Source: a virus (taxonomy: Duplodnaviria; Caudoviricetes). From it: a DNA stretch of 36,615 bases. The position numbers were made by a program, and so were the translations under genes. Positions 26,267 through 34,207 of the stretch are shown piece after piece (position 1 is the stretch's first letter; the number at the start of each line of letters is the position of its first letter). The notes beneath the pieces are model-generated. The model saw only the letters and a program-made list of their open reading frames with translations. It had not been told where the DNA came from and made no database searches. The stretch covers positions 1-36,615 of the IMG/VR virus record IMGVR_UViG_3300037808_000674; one strand, written 5' to 3'.

Positions 26267-26542
26267 CTAGGCCCCCGTCAGATATTTCTTGGCCGAAGTG
26301 GGAGGCGCAGGTTGACCCAGCGGTGAGCCCGACATGATCGTGCTCGCCCTGCCATGTTGCCCCGCCTGTCGGCGGCGTTGCTCAGCCATGCGCCGAGCAG
26401 TCTCCTCCGCTTGCCCCGAGAGATCGGCAGGAGCCTCGGGCTGCGTGGGTACGGGCGGGCTGGGTGGTTTCTGGGCGAGTGCCACCCCTGTCTGTGCGAT
26501 GCTAGCCACCAAAGACGCCGCTATCAGTGCCTCAATACCCAT
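26267..26542 (-). CDS. Small virion-associated protein (T7 gp7.3-position)
   Basis: Hydrophobic N-terminus, Pro-rich linker, GRASTIMSG...KKYLTG; immediately upstream of the portal. Confidence 0.65.
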   Translation of the reverse strand: MGIEALIAASLVASIAQTGVALAQKPPSPPVPTQPEAPADLSGQAEETARRMAEQRRRQAGQHGRASTIMSGSPLGQPAPPTSAKKYLTGA

Positions 26543-26555
26543 CTAGTCCCCCCCC

Positions 26556-27293
26556 CTAGCCCAGCACTTGGGCCGCTGATTGTGATCCGCCACCGAGTGG
26601 CTGCCCCAGTAGATTCGCTGCGCGGAGCCGCTTGCGCGACACACTGCCGCCGGAGGCCGAGCGATTTGTCCCTAGACGCCTACGCTCAGCAGAGCCCGCC
26701 CTTGATGTTTGCCTGCTAGCACCGGGCTGGCCCCCGACTGTTCTAGATCTCGGCCCACGCTCCTGGCGCAGCAGTTCAGCCGCACGGGCGGCTTCAGGGA
26801 ACGGCTTGCCGAGCAACCTCCTGGCTGCCTGCTGTTCTTCGTAAGCGTCCTGGGTGCCTGCACTAAACCCTCCCGCTGCTGGTGCGCTTGCGATGCCCTG
26901 TAGCTCACGCTCGCGCAGCAGGAACTTGCGCTCTGTGGCCTCTGCCCAGCGCAGGTCATCCGCGGTTATGTCCGACTGGTATAGCCCCTCATAGGTTCTC
27001 GGGCCTAGTCCTTGCGAGTAGTATGGATTGTCAAGCGGAATCCCCCCACGGCTTTCTGAGAGTTGGTAGTCAGGCCCGTCCAGGGTAAATGCCTGCCGAG
27101 TCCTGGCAGCCGCCACGGACCTGCTCGCCCGGAGTCTCATAGATTGAACTGATGCCAGGTTGTCCCAATCGTAGTCCCCGGCGCGGATATGCGCGTATGG
27201 GTTGGCTAATGGGTGCCCAGCGGGGTAGCTGCCTCGGTCCCGCCCATACCACTCAGTTATAGGAGTAAACGCCCCTTCTCGGTAGTTAGCCAT
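26556..27293 (-). CDS. Hypothetical protein (245 aa), possibly virion-associated
   Basis: ATG 27293 overlaps the upstream TGA (TGATG); basic low-complexity C-terminus. Confidence 0.65.
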   Translation of the reverse strand: MANYREGAFTPITEWYGRDRGSYPAGHPLANPYAHIRAGDYDWDNLASVQSMRLRASRSVAAARTRQAFTLDGPDYQLSESRGGIPLDNPYYSQGLGPRTYEGLYQSDITADDLRWAEATERKFLLRERELQGIASAPAAGGFSAGTQDAYEEQQAARRLLGKPFPEAARAAELLRQERGPRSRTVGGQPGASRQTSRAGSAERRRLGTNRSASGGSVSRKRLRAANLLGQPLGGGSQSAAQVLG

Positions 27294-27697
27294 CAGTGCG
27301 CCCCCAAGTCGCGAAATGTGCCGAGCCCTGCATTCGTCCAACCACGCGCAGAGAGAAACCGCCGCATGAGCACGCGAGGAATGCGCGGGTGCTCACCCGG
27401 CAACCCAGTCACACTCCACAGCCGCGTGGCACCGAGCAGTTCACCGATGACCTCGATGCCTGTCATCTGCCGCTCTGTGCCCAGGTGACCCCTCGCCTCG
27501 GGTGCCGCGCAGGCGTGCAACGCCAGACTGTCCACCTCTGGGCCTTGCAGAAACCACACGAGGACGCTCTCGCCATACCGCACCCAGGTCGCAGCCTCGG
27601 CCTCGGCGTCACTCACGGGCCTTGGGTATCCCCACGAGTTCACGTCACTCTGGGCCTGCTCCCAGTCGAGTTCCTCTCGGAAAAAGTCAACGCCCAT
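27293..27697 (-). CDS. Hypothetical protein, possible GNAT-fold
   Basis: LHACAAPEARG and RRFLSARGW resemble GNAT motifs; coupled to the TerL stop. Confidence 0.5.
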   Translation of the reverse strand: MGVDFFREELDWEQAQSDVNSWGYPRPVSDAEAEAATWVRYGESVLVWFLQGPEVDSLALHACAAPEARGHLGTERQMTGIEVIGELLGATRLWSVTGLPGEHPRIPRVLMRRFLSARGWTNAGLGTFRDLGAH

Positions 27698-29151
27698 CAG
27701 AGGATCGCCTGCGTCTGGGTGCGCTCACCCCGGTGTCGGTTCGCGGGGATCAATGCCTCGCGACCCTCGCCGCCACCCATCAGGCCATACTCCAGAGCCT
27801 CGACCGGGTGCGAATACTGATTTTTGTCGGGCATATCTGTGTACCGTTCGCTGCCCGCAATCTTCATGCGGCGGTAGCAGAAGCCGCCCATGAGCCCCTT
27901 GCGGACCATCTTGGCCTTCGGCGACACCTGGAGCGCGGGCTTGCCGTCCATGCAGATCCGCCTCGCGGGGTTGGCTATCGAGGCACGCCGCAGGTCTGGC
28001 GAGTTGCTCGAGCACGGCTGTGCCGGGATGCCCGCAGCACGCAGTATGCGGATGGGCGTGTCCTCGGTGGCTTGGCCCTGGGCACTGCCAGCCGGGTCGC
28101 ACCACACCTCCACGGGCATACCCTGGTAGTTCGTGTCGAGCCAGCGTTTGAGTTCGGGCCCGAAGATGCTCGCACTCATATCCGTGGCGCATAGCTCGTC
28201 CAGAACCACGCGGCGGCCCATGTCCGAAATGTGCTGGGTCAGGACCGCAGCCGGGGTGCGTCCAAAGTCAATGCCGATAATCAGTGGATAACGGTGGTCG
28301 GGCTCGATCGGCTCCTCGGTGCAGTGGACTGAATCCACATACTCCGGGTGCACGGGCTTGCCGTCCACCAGAAACCCGTACTCATTACTGAGCATCACCG
28401 AGATCCAATCGGCGTCTTTGCCCTCCAGCCCACTGGAGTAGTACCCGTCCGGCAGGTTGGACAGGTTCTCAGCGTCAGGGTTGGGAATCCACTCCCCTTC
28501 GGCTTCGCCAGGGAACACACCACCCGGCTGGCGGAAGAACTCCCAGCCCTCGGGTCTTACCTCTTCGGCGAGGTGGTAGTACCAGTGGTCTTCATCCGGG
28601 GCGTTCGTGTCTCCGAGCATCCCGTGCCATGTGGGCTTCACGCCACCCGAAGCCAGCGAGGGGTAACGTCCATGCCGCAGGTCGGCCATGTCCACCACGC
28701 TCTTGACGCACTCCTTCATTTCGTTCAGCCAAATACCAGTTACCTGAAAACCCCGGAGGCGGCGGACAGAGTCGTCCCTGTCCAGTGCGAGAAAAATGCA
28801 CTCGCTCACCACCCTCGTGCCGTCCGGCAGGTGGAAGTCCACGCGGAACGTAGGAGGTGCTAGCCCGCCGTAGGTCATCTTGCCCAGACCCTCAAAGACC
28901 GAGATAAAATCCTTCACCGTTGTTGAGAGGAGATCTCCGTAGGTATTGCGGATTGCGAGCCACCGGCTGGGACGCTCACCCTTCGAGTTGCTCTCCTGCT
29001 GGCACATTTGCTTCAAGATGCGCTGACACGCCGCGAACGTCTTTCCTGAGCCTAGTGGCCCCATGATCGCAGAAACCCGCTCACGGCAGCGCATGAAGCC
29101 GTCAAGCACCGGGTAGTGGGGCACGCCCACTCGCATCTCAATCCGTGACAT
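27697..29151 (-). CDS. terL: Terminase large subunit
   Basis: Walker A GPLGSGKT, Walker B GIWLNE, coupling motif DTNAP, nuclease GIDFGRTPA, DPAG and SHPVEALEY. Exact start uncertain (29160, 29151 or 29136). Confidence 0.93.
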   Translation of the reverse strand: MSRIEMRVGVPHYPVLDGFMRCRERVSAIMGPLGSGKTFAACQRILKQMCQQESNSKGERPSRWLAIRNTYGDLLSTTVKDFISVFEGLGKMTYGGLAPPTFRVDFHLPDGTRVVSECIFLALDRDDSVRRLRGFQVTGIWLNEMKECVKSVVDMADLRHGRYPSLASGGVKPTWHGMLGDTNAPDEDHWYYHLAEEVRPEGWEFFRQPGGVFPGEAEGEWIPNPDAENLSNLPDGYYSSGLEGKDADWISVMLSNEYGFLVDGKPVHPEYVDSVHCTEEPIEPDHRYPLIIGIDFGRTPAAVLTQHISDMGRRVVLDELCATDMSASIFGPELKRWLDTNYQGMPVEVWCDPAGSAQGQATEDTPIRILRAAGIPAQPCSSNSPDLRRASIANPARRICMDGKPALQVSPKAKMVRKGLMGGFCYRRMKIAGSERYTDMPDKNQYSHPVEALEYGLMGGGEGREALIPANRHRGERTQTQAIL

Positions 29152-29437
29152 TGCCGCCACCCGTGTAGTCTTTGAGAATGAGCACCGGCCCGCCGTCGTC
29201 GCCCGTCAGTTGCGTCTGGTTGGGAATCAGCTTGCCCACCAGGGAGGCGAACGTCTTCGGATCGCTGTCGCGCAGTCCCGCGAAGAACTCCTCACCACCG
29301 TCCTGTTCCGTGGCTTCTAGGGCACGCACAAGGGCGTCCCGCACCGATCGAGTGTGCTTATTCTGTGTTCCCGCTCGCCTGCCTGCGTTGGGGTGCCTGG
29401 GCTCGCCCTTCTTGAACTGCGTATCCCTGGAAGCCAT
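29138..29437 (-). CDS. terS: Terminase small subunit
   Basis: FKKGEPRHPNAGRRAGTQNKHT...DPKTFASLVGKLIP...LTGDDGGP; directly upstream of TerL. Confidence 0.75.
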   Translation of the reverse strand: MASRDTQFKKGEPRHPNAGRRAGTQNKHTRSVRDALVRALEATEQDGGEEFFAGLRDSDPKTFASLVGKLIPNQTQLTGDDGGPVLILKDYTGGGNVTD

Positions 29438-29466
29438 TAACCCCCCATTTTTTTCATGGCTAGAGC

Positions 29467-29526
29467 GACTGCGACGAGGACACAGCCCCAAGCCGGAACT
29501 CTGCCCCGCCGTTCCTCGCCGCAGTC
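29467..29526 (-). other. Long hairpin in the terS leader
   Basis: On the minus strand GACTGCGGCGAGGA pairs with TCCTCGTCGCAGTC (14 bp, one G-U), plus an inner stem. Confidence 0.55.
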
Positions 29527-29591
29527 AACGCGGGGGGTATCCCACGCACCCTTGGGAGGTTCGACCCCAGTATCCCGAGGTCTTGAAAACC

Positions 29592-29620
29592 CCCTTGTGA
29601 CAGATCTGGTCACAAGTCAA
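29592..29620 (-). promoter_or_regulatory. Candidate late promoter/operator
   Basis: TTGACT overlapping the palindrome CTTGTGAC-N7-GTCACAAG; shares TTG-N13-TCTGTSACAAGGG with 23337..23365. Confidence 0.4.
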
Positions 29621-29621
29621 G

Positions 29622-29852
29622 CTAGTCGCGGAATTTTCTTGTGGGTCTTTCGCTCTGGCGTCGTCGCGACTGGTCAACGATCGCCTCCACCTCCCCGGCA
29701 ACGGTGGCAGGGTCTGCTCGATCGGCTTGGATGCGCTCGAGCACCCAGCGAGCTCCCGCCGCCCAGGAGTCGGAGAGCCGGGTGTCGAAACCTGCGGAAA
29801 TGCCCTTCGACTCCGGCAACAATTCCCACCGGGCAAACCCTTTTTTGCTCAC
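29622..29852 (-). CDS. Hypothetical protein (76 aa)
   Basis: GTGA overlap with the DUF3310 stop. Confidence 0.5.
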   Translation of the reverse strand: MSKKGFARWELLPESKGISAGFDTRLSDSWAAGARWVLERIQADRADPATVAGEVEAIVDQSRRRQSERPTRKFRD

Positions 29853-30115
29853 GAACAGTCCAAGCTATGGGGGGGTGGGTTGTCTCGGGCCCGATCGAGC
29901 ATTTTCACATACCGCTCGAGATAGACAATGGCCTTGCGGAGATCCTGTTGAGCATTCCCGGCAGTTTGGCAGCGCGCGATATACTTGAGCGCACAGCCGA
30001 GGTGGTGGGGCATGGGCTGGCCGTCGTGGCCCCAATCCTCGATCACGTCGAGGGGTTCGATGGACCTTCCAACAACGTAGTGGGCGGGAGCACTCACCGC
30101 ATCATGTTTCGGCAC
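29849..30115 (-). CDS. DUF3310-like protein
   Basis: DAVSAPAHY...IEPLDVI...LGCALKYIAR...QDLRKAIVYLER. Confidence 0.85.
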   Translation of the reverse strand: MPKHDAVSAPAHYVVGRSIEPLDVIEDWGHDGQPMPHHLGCALKYIARCQTAGNAQQDLRKAIVYLERYVKMLDRARDNPPPHSLDCS

Positions 30116-30470
30116 TGAGCACCTCCAGCGTGATCCGCCCCTGTTTTGGCGCGGCTTTCTCCCATCGGTAGGCGGGCTGGCCGATCACCTGCTGATTGTC
30201 GTCTGCGATCACCTGGGCGCTCACCAACCCGTCGAGCAGGGGCTTGAACGAGTGCGCCAGATTCTCGAAATCCGGCTCCCGCGCCGAGTGCCGGGTGCAG
30301 GTCACCTTCGCCTTCCACAGGGGTTCCGAGGGCAATCCCTGGGCCTTGGCGGCCAGGATCGTGTCATGCCGCCACTTGCGGTTATGCCTCGCCCTCACGC
30401 GCCAGTGGTTGTTACTGGCGGTGTTGCACGGCGGCAGCCCCGGCAATTCAATCGTAAGCGAGTAGGTCAC
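30102..30470 (-). CDS. RusA-like Holliday junction resolvase
   Basis: PDFENLAHSFKPLLDGLVSAQVIADDN (DxxN...K..D...DD). Confidence 0.75.
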   Translation of the reverse strand: MTYSLTIELPGLPPCNTASNNHWRVRARHNRKWRHDTILAAKAQGLPSEPLWKAKVTCTRHSAREPDFENLAHSFKPLLDGLVSAQVIADDNQQVIGQPAYRWEKAAPKQGRITLEVLSAET

Positions 30471-31006
30471 GGGATCACGACCCGCTGGGCGCGACCCAGC
30501 AACCCGAGAAAATACTCGCGCTCGACGGTCAGCGAAAGCGTGTCATAACCCTCGTTGCGGGCGTGTTTTACGTTCGAGATGTTCTCGTCTCCACCCCCCT
30601 CGGCGGTGGCTATCCACTTTTCTCGAAAGTGGGACCAAACGCGACGAATGTCCGTCCAGTGGAGTAGGTACACTGTCCGCGAGTCCATGAACGCATAGGC
30701 CAGAACGTCGATCTGCAGGTCTTTTTCCACCCACCCCTTAGCTCCGGTCTTATCGTTCGAGACGTATTCGAGAAGGAAATCTGGGGGGTCGTAGGTGGTG
30801 CGCCGCTTCTTTTCGTCAACATTCCGCGCAAGCCCGCTGCGGAAAAATAACACCCGGTCGATCCCAAGCCTCTGGGCTTGGCTGTCGGCATTTGTCGCCA
30901 TGTGGCACAACAGGTCGGGGTAGGCTGCGCGGTACACCGCGTCCCAAAACCCCTCTGCGGATACCTCCTGGCTGTAGGCCAGTTGCTCGTGAAAGTCGTG
31001 AGTCAC
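30467..31006 (-). CDS. PD-(D/E)xK-like nuclease-fold protein
   Basis: QRLGIDRV...NVDEKKRR...FLLEYVS...GW; GTG 31006 overlaps the MTase TGA. Confidence 0.55.
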   Translation of the reverse strand: MTHDFHEQLAYSQEVSAEGFWDAVYRAAYPDLLCHMATNADSQAQRLGIDRVLFFRSGLARNVDEKKRRTTYDPPDFLLEYVSNDKTGAKGWVEKDLQIDVLAYAFMDSRTVYLLHWTDIRRVWSHFREKWIATAEGGGDENISNVKHARNEGYDTLSLTVEREYFLGLLGRAQRVVIP

Positions 31007-32079
31007 AGTTGATTTCCCCACCCCTCCCACCCCTCTGCGGGTTCTCGCGCAAACAGTTCGACGCGCTTGTGCTCCGGGTACATGGCCTCGATCAATTCGC
31101 GGAACGCGGCAGGCTTCGCGGAGTGGGCCGCACGCGGGGCCTCAAGCACAGACGGGGGCCGGTTCTCGGCCTTCGGCACCGGCAGACTGCCACGCGCGCC
31201 GATCAGCAGAATCTCATGCTGGCCCCGAGCGTAGTACCCCATCCCGATCTGCGTTTTCACCCAGACCATGCTCGTGCGGTACTCGAAGCCCCAAGCCGTC
31301 AGCACCTCCAGCGCCTCGGGCAGTTTCGCAGTTGTCGCCCATAGGAAAAGCACCGCGTCCTCGCCCGCCAAGTCGCTCACGCCCAAGTCGCAGATCTCCT
31401 CCAGCGTCATGGTGGGGTATTGGTTTTCGATCTCGCGGCTTGAGGACTGGGCGAAGTCGTACCGCCAAGGCGGATCGGCATAGACCACGGGGTAGGAGCC
31501 TGTGGGCAAATCTCGCCCCTTGAAGACGATTTCCTCGGTTCGCTCTGCGCGCCGGATTTCACGCATAACCTGCGGAATCGTCAAATCCCCCGAGCGTATC
31601 TGCTCCGCGAGGTCAGGCCGCGCCGCCGCGATTACCTTTGCGTCACTCACATAGTGGTTGTTTGTGCTGAACAGTCGCGCCGCATGGTCGCGAGCTTGTC
31701 CCTCGTTAAGGTCAGGAATTAGTTCCTTACCTTTAACCCCCGGCCCCCGGGAGAGTCGCTGCCGCTCTTTCGCTTCGGCCTCCAGCATGGGCAGCGTGTC
31801 CTGGGCGGCCATTGCCCGCTGGCTCGAGTTCAGGTGGCGGCGTTGCACGTTGCAGGAAACAACGAATGCCACCGGGTCGGTGCCGCCAAACTCCGTAAAC
31901 TCAGGCTCGACGCTCGCCAGTTCGCACGCCCGCAGCCGGTTCCTCCCGTCGAGCACAAGGCCCTCATGGAGAACAATGGGCTGCCGCAGGCCGTGCTCTG
32001 CAATATCCCCCGCCAGACTTTCGAGCTTGTCCTCTCCGAGCAAGGCGAAAATCTCCGCCGCCGGGTGTGCGTCAATCAT
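31003..32079 (-). CDS. ParB-like N-terminal domain fused to MT-A70 family N6-adenine methyltransferase
   Basis: HPAAEIF...GLRQPI...LDGRNRLRAC...NVQRRHL (ParB-like); VYADPPW, LFLWAT, WGFEY, HSAKP, ELFAR, GWEGWGNQ (MT-A70). ATG 32079 overlaps the upstream TGA. Confidence 0.9.
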   Translation of the reverse strand: MIDAHPAAEIFALLGEDKLESLAGDIAEHGLRQPIVLHEGLVLDGRNRLRACELASVEPEFTEFGGTDPVAFVVSCNVQRRHLNSSQRAMAAQDTLPMLEAEAKERQRLSRGPGVKGKELIPDLNEGQARDHAARLFSTNNHYVSDAKVIAAARPDLAEQIRSGDLTIPQVMREIRRAERTEEIVFKGRDLPTGSYPVVYADPPWRYDFAQSSSREIENQYPTMTLEEICDLGVSDLAGEDAVLFLWATTAKLPEALEVLTAWGFEYRTSMVWVKTQIGMGYYARGQHEILLIGARGSLPVPKAENRPPSVLEAPRAAHSAKPAAFRELIEAMYPEHKRVELFAREPAEGWEGWGNQL

Positions 32080-32456
32080 TCCCCCACCTCCTTTGCAATC
32101 TCCAGAACCGTCGCGCCCTCGCCCCGTGGCCCTCGGAGTTGCGGCCGTTCGTCCACCCTGCCCTGGATCTCGCGGACGGCGATCCGCCACCATCGCGGGG
32201 TCGCCCTCTCCTGGCCGGGAACGGTTTCGCCCGGTGCGATCAGCCGCGCCGCCTCCAGAATGTCCCCCGGCCCAGGCGGAAACCCCCCCTTCGTGAGCAG
32301 GCACGCGCGCTCGCACGCTGCCCGGAATATCTCGATCGGGATGCGCTTGGTCAGGTTGCCCTGAAGTCTCAGCGTTTCGTCACTGACTTCCTTGCCGAAC
32401 GCCGTCCAGTTGTCCTGCAAGCAGCCTAAGCGCAGCGCCTTTTCGTTGGTGTCCAC
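32076..32456 (-). CDS. Hypothetical protein, possible helicase-loader-like
   Basis: Follows the initiator; FPPGPGDILEAA resembles FxPxxxxI motifs of phage loader/inhibitor proteins; GTG with G-rich SD. Confidence 0.5.
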   Translation of the reverse strand: MDTNEKALRLGCLQDNWTAFGKEVSDETLRLQGNLTKRIPIEIFRAACERACLLTKGGFPPGPGDILEAARLIAPGETVPGQERATPRWWRIAVREIQGRVDERPQLRGPRGEGATVLEIAKEVGE

Positions 32457-33189
32457 GTTTCCCCCCCTCACTGGCCGCCAAAACGCGCTTGGCTACGTCA
32501 AACCTCTCTCGTGGCTGCGCTTCCGCCCGCTGGGAAGCGATAATGTCCCAGTGCTTCCGCAGCTTCGGCACGCTCTGGAGCACGCCCTGGCCGCACCCCG
32601 TCCCCCAGAAGTCGCTCTCCGTCAGAGCCCAGAGCAGAACCGACTCCACCACACTCGCCTCAATGCCGTCGAGGCGCAGTAGCCGGTCCATTTCGGTGAA
32701 CCACGCCTTGGGTGGCCGGGCCTGCTTGCGGCGCGAGATGCCATGCTCCTCCGCTGCCGAAGCCAAGGTGTCAGCGAAGAGGAGGGTCAGGCGCTCCGCG
32801 TCTGGACTCTCTTCTCTTTCTGTTTCTGTTTCTGTTTCTGTACTAGATAGAAGGACTCTCTCGAAATCGTCTCGAAATCGTCTCGAAATCGTCTCGGGTT
32901 TCTCGGAAGTGACCGTTTCCGCTGATGATTCAGTCTCCTCAGATCGTCTCGAAATCGTCTCGAAATCGTCTTGGGCGTTTTTCCACATCGCGAGCAGGCC
33001 AGTGACCCGCGCATGACCCATGCGGAACTCCTGCATATAGGTCTTGACGGGCTTGAGCCCACCCAGAAAGAAACTGTCCCCCTCAAAGCGCAGGAAGGCA
33101 TACAGAGCGTCCTTGTCACCTATGTTCGCGAGGTAGAGGGGATTCGCTACCCCGGTAAAGCCACGCTTAAAACGCTTCTCCTCGCTCAT
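32380..33189 (-). CDS. Phage replication initiator (lambda O-like organisation)
   Basis: Internal iterons and ETETETE linker; C-terminal MDRLLRLDG...LLWALTESDFW...SVPKLRKHWD; directly downstream of the Cro-like gene. Confidence 0.8.
   Translation of the reverse strand: MSEEKRFKRGFTGVANPLYLANIGDKDALYAFLRFEGDSFFLGGLKPVKTYMQEFRMGHARVTGLLAMWKNAQDDFETISRRSEETESSAETVTSEKPETISRRFRDDFERVLLSSTETETETEREESPDAERLTLLFADTLASAAEEHGISRRKQARPPKAWFTEMDRLLRLDGIEASVVESVLLWALTESDFWGTGCGQGVLQSVPKLRKHWDIIASQRAEAQPRERFDVAKRVLAASEGGKRGHQRKGAALRLLAGQLDGVRQGSQ
32817..32968. repeat. Iteron cluster / probable replication origin
   Basis: TCTCGAAATCG x3 (32859-32891) and x2 (32947-32968), next to (TTTCTG)4 at 32817-32840. 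Confidence 0.8.
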
Positions 33190-33413
33190 CGCTTGGCCCT
33201 GACGGCCTTGCGCCTTGGCGGCTCCCAATTGGCTATATCCGCCAGGGAGATCTCGCCTCCCGATGCTGTCACCACGCGCAGTGCGGACTTGAGGGATAGG
33301 CGGGAGTGGCCCATCACCACGCCGTTCAGTTGCTGCTTGGAAAGCCCCGCAATTGGGCTGAACGCGGCTTGAGTCATGCCGCGAGTTTTAAGGTACTCCA
33401 TTATCGGGTGCAT
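33186..33413 (-). CDS. Cro-like XRE helix-turn-helix regulator
   Basis: MEYLKTRGMTQAAFSPIAGLSKQQLNGVVMG...SGGEIS; first gene of the leftward arm. Confidence 0.8.
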   Translation of the reverse strand: MHPIMEYLKTRGMTQAAFSPIAGLSKQQLNGVVMGHSRLSLKSALRVVTASGGEISLADIANWEPPRRKAVRAKR

Positions 33414-33420
33414 GAATCTA

Positions 33421-33449
33421 GTATTACAGGATTCCTTTCGCTGGCGCAA
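33421..33449 (-). promoter_or_regulatory. Candidate leftward promoter (probably leaderless cro-like mRNA)
   Basis: TTGCGC-17-TAATAC, with ATG 7 nt after the -10 and no SD. Confidence 0.45.
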
Positions 33450-33459
33450 CCTTTACCCC

Positions 33460-33489
33460 TTGCAGCCCACCCCAATTCTGTGGTACGGT
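33460..33489 (+). promoter_or_regulatory. Candidate rightward early promoter
   Basis: TTGCAG-18-TACGGT with extended -10 TGTG. Confidence 0.5.
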
Positions 33490-33519
33490 GCGGCTGTACC
33501 CCAAACGAGGAGCAAACTG

Positions 33520-33714
33520 ATGACCATCACTTTCGAGACAGAAAACTACGGGCCGGTAGCGGTCACCCACGCGCCGGAAGAGGGAATCGACCCCAACGGG
33601 CGGGCGTTCTGGCGGATCTCCGGTTCCGGCTTGGTCGCTTGTTCCTTTGGCGATCTGCCGGTAGTGGTGGAGGGCCTCTGCGGCCCCATCACCGGCGAGG
33701 GGGTGATCCGATGA
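33520..33714 (+). CDS. Hypothetical early protein (64 aa)
   Basis: SD GAGGAG, ATG 33520; ATGA coupling to the next gene. Confidence 0.7.
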   Translation: MTITFETENYGPVAVTHAPEEGIDPNGRAFWRISGSGLVACSFGDLPVVVEGLCGPITGEGVIR

Positions 33715-33890
33715 GCGCAATCAAGCAGATCACCTTCAAGCCCGCCACTCCCGCCTTCCGCATCACCTGTTGCGAGTGTGGCGGCAAGGTTGGCGAAACC
33801 GACTGCGAGATCACTGCCACCTCGTTTCACCATTGCGAGCAGTGCCACAGCGAATACCTCGCGGAAGTTGCCGCACAAGGAGAAAACTGA
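33711..33890 (+). CDS. Small zinc-finger protein (59 aa)
   Basis: CECG...CEQC; coupled at both ends. Confidence 0.7.
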   Translation: MSAIKQITFKPATPAFRITCCECGGKVGETDCEITATSFHHCEQCHSEYLAEVAAQGEN

Positions 33891-34207
33891 TGCTTTCTGA
33901 AATCGCCACCGCGCCCCATGACGAAGAGCCCCTGGCTCTGGTGCAGGAACGTCTCGACGATCTCCGCGCTGAGTTCTACGTCCTGGCAATCAACTTCGAC
34001 CATGTGCGCGATCACCATCGGACGGGAGAGCAGATCTCCCCGGCGCATCCATGCATCTGTCCCAATTGCTCAAACAAAACGGACGCTCTGCTGTATTCGG
34101 AGCAAGATTGCGAGGCTGTTTTCTTCTGCGATGGATGCTTCGACTCCGCTCACGAAGATGAGATCCGCGAGAAGCTCACCGAAGAATTTGCGAGGGACTT
34201 TTCGTGA
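33890..34207 (+). CDS. Zinc-finger protein (105 aa)
   Basis: CPNC...CDGC; SD AAGGAG; TGATG coupling. Confidence 0.7.
   Translation: MLSEIATAPHDEEPLALVQERLDDLRAEFYVLAINFDHVRDHHRTGEQISPAHPCICPNCSNKTDALLYSEQDCEAVFFCDGCFDSAHEDEIREKLTEEFARDFS

Noticed and set aside
29530-29580. tRNA (GGTTCGACCCC resembles a T-loop)
   Set aside because: No acceptor, D or anticodon arms could be built around it.
32457-32470. Programmed frameshift at GGGGGGGAAAC fusing the initiator to the downstream gene
   Set aside because: A -1 shift reaches a stop within about a dozen codons, and the downstream gene is in the +1 frame. The G-run is adequately explained as the SD for GTG 32456.
32859-32968. CRISPR-like array
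   Set aside because: Units are 11 bp, tandem with no spacers, and inside a coding gene; iterons explain them better.
61-33372. Many long plus-strand ORFs (e.g. 212..736, 2120..3013, 3348..4163, 5105..6055)
   Set aside because: They are antisense shadows of well-supported, translationally coupled minus-strand genes in GC-rich DNA, with no recognisable motifs.
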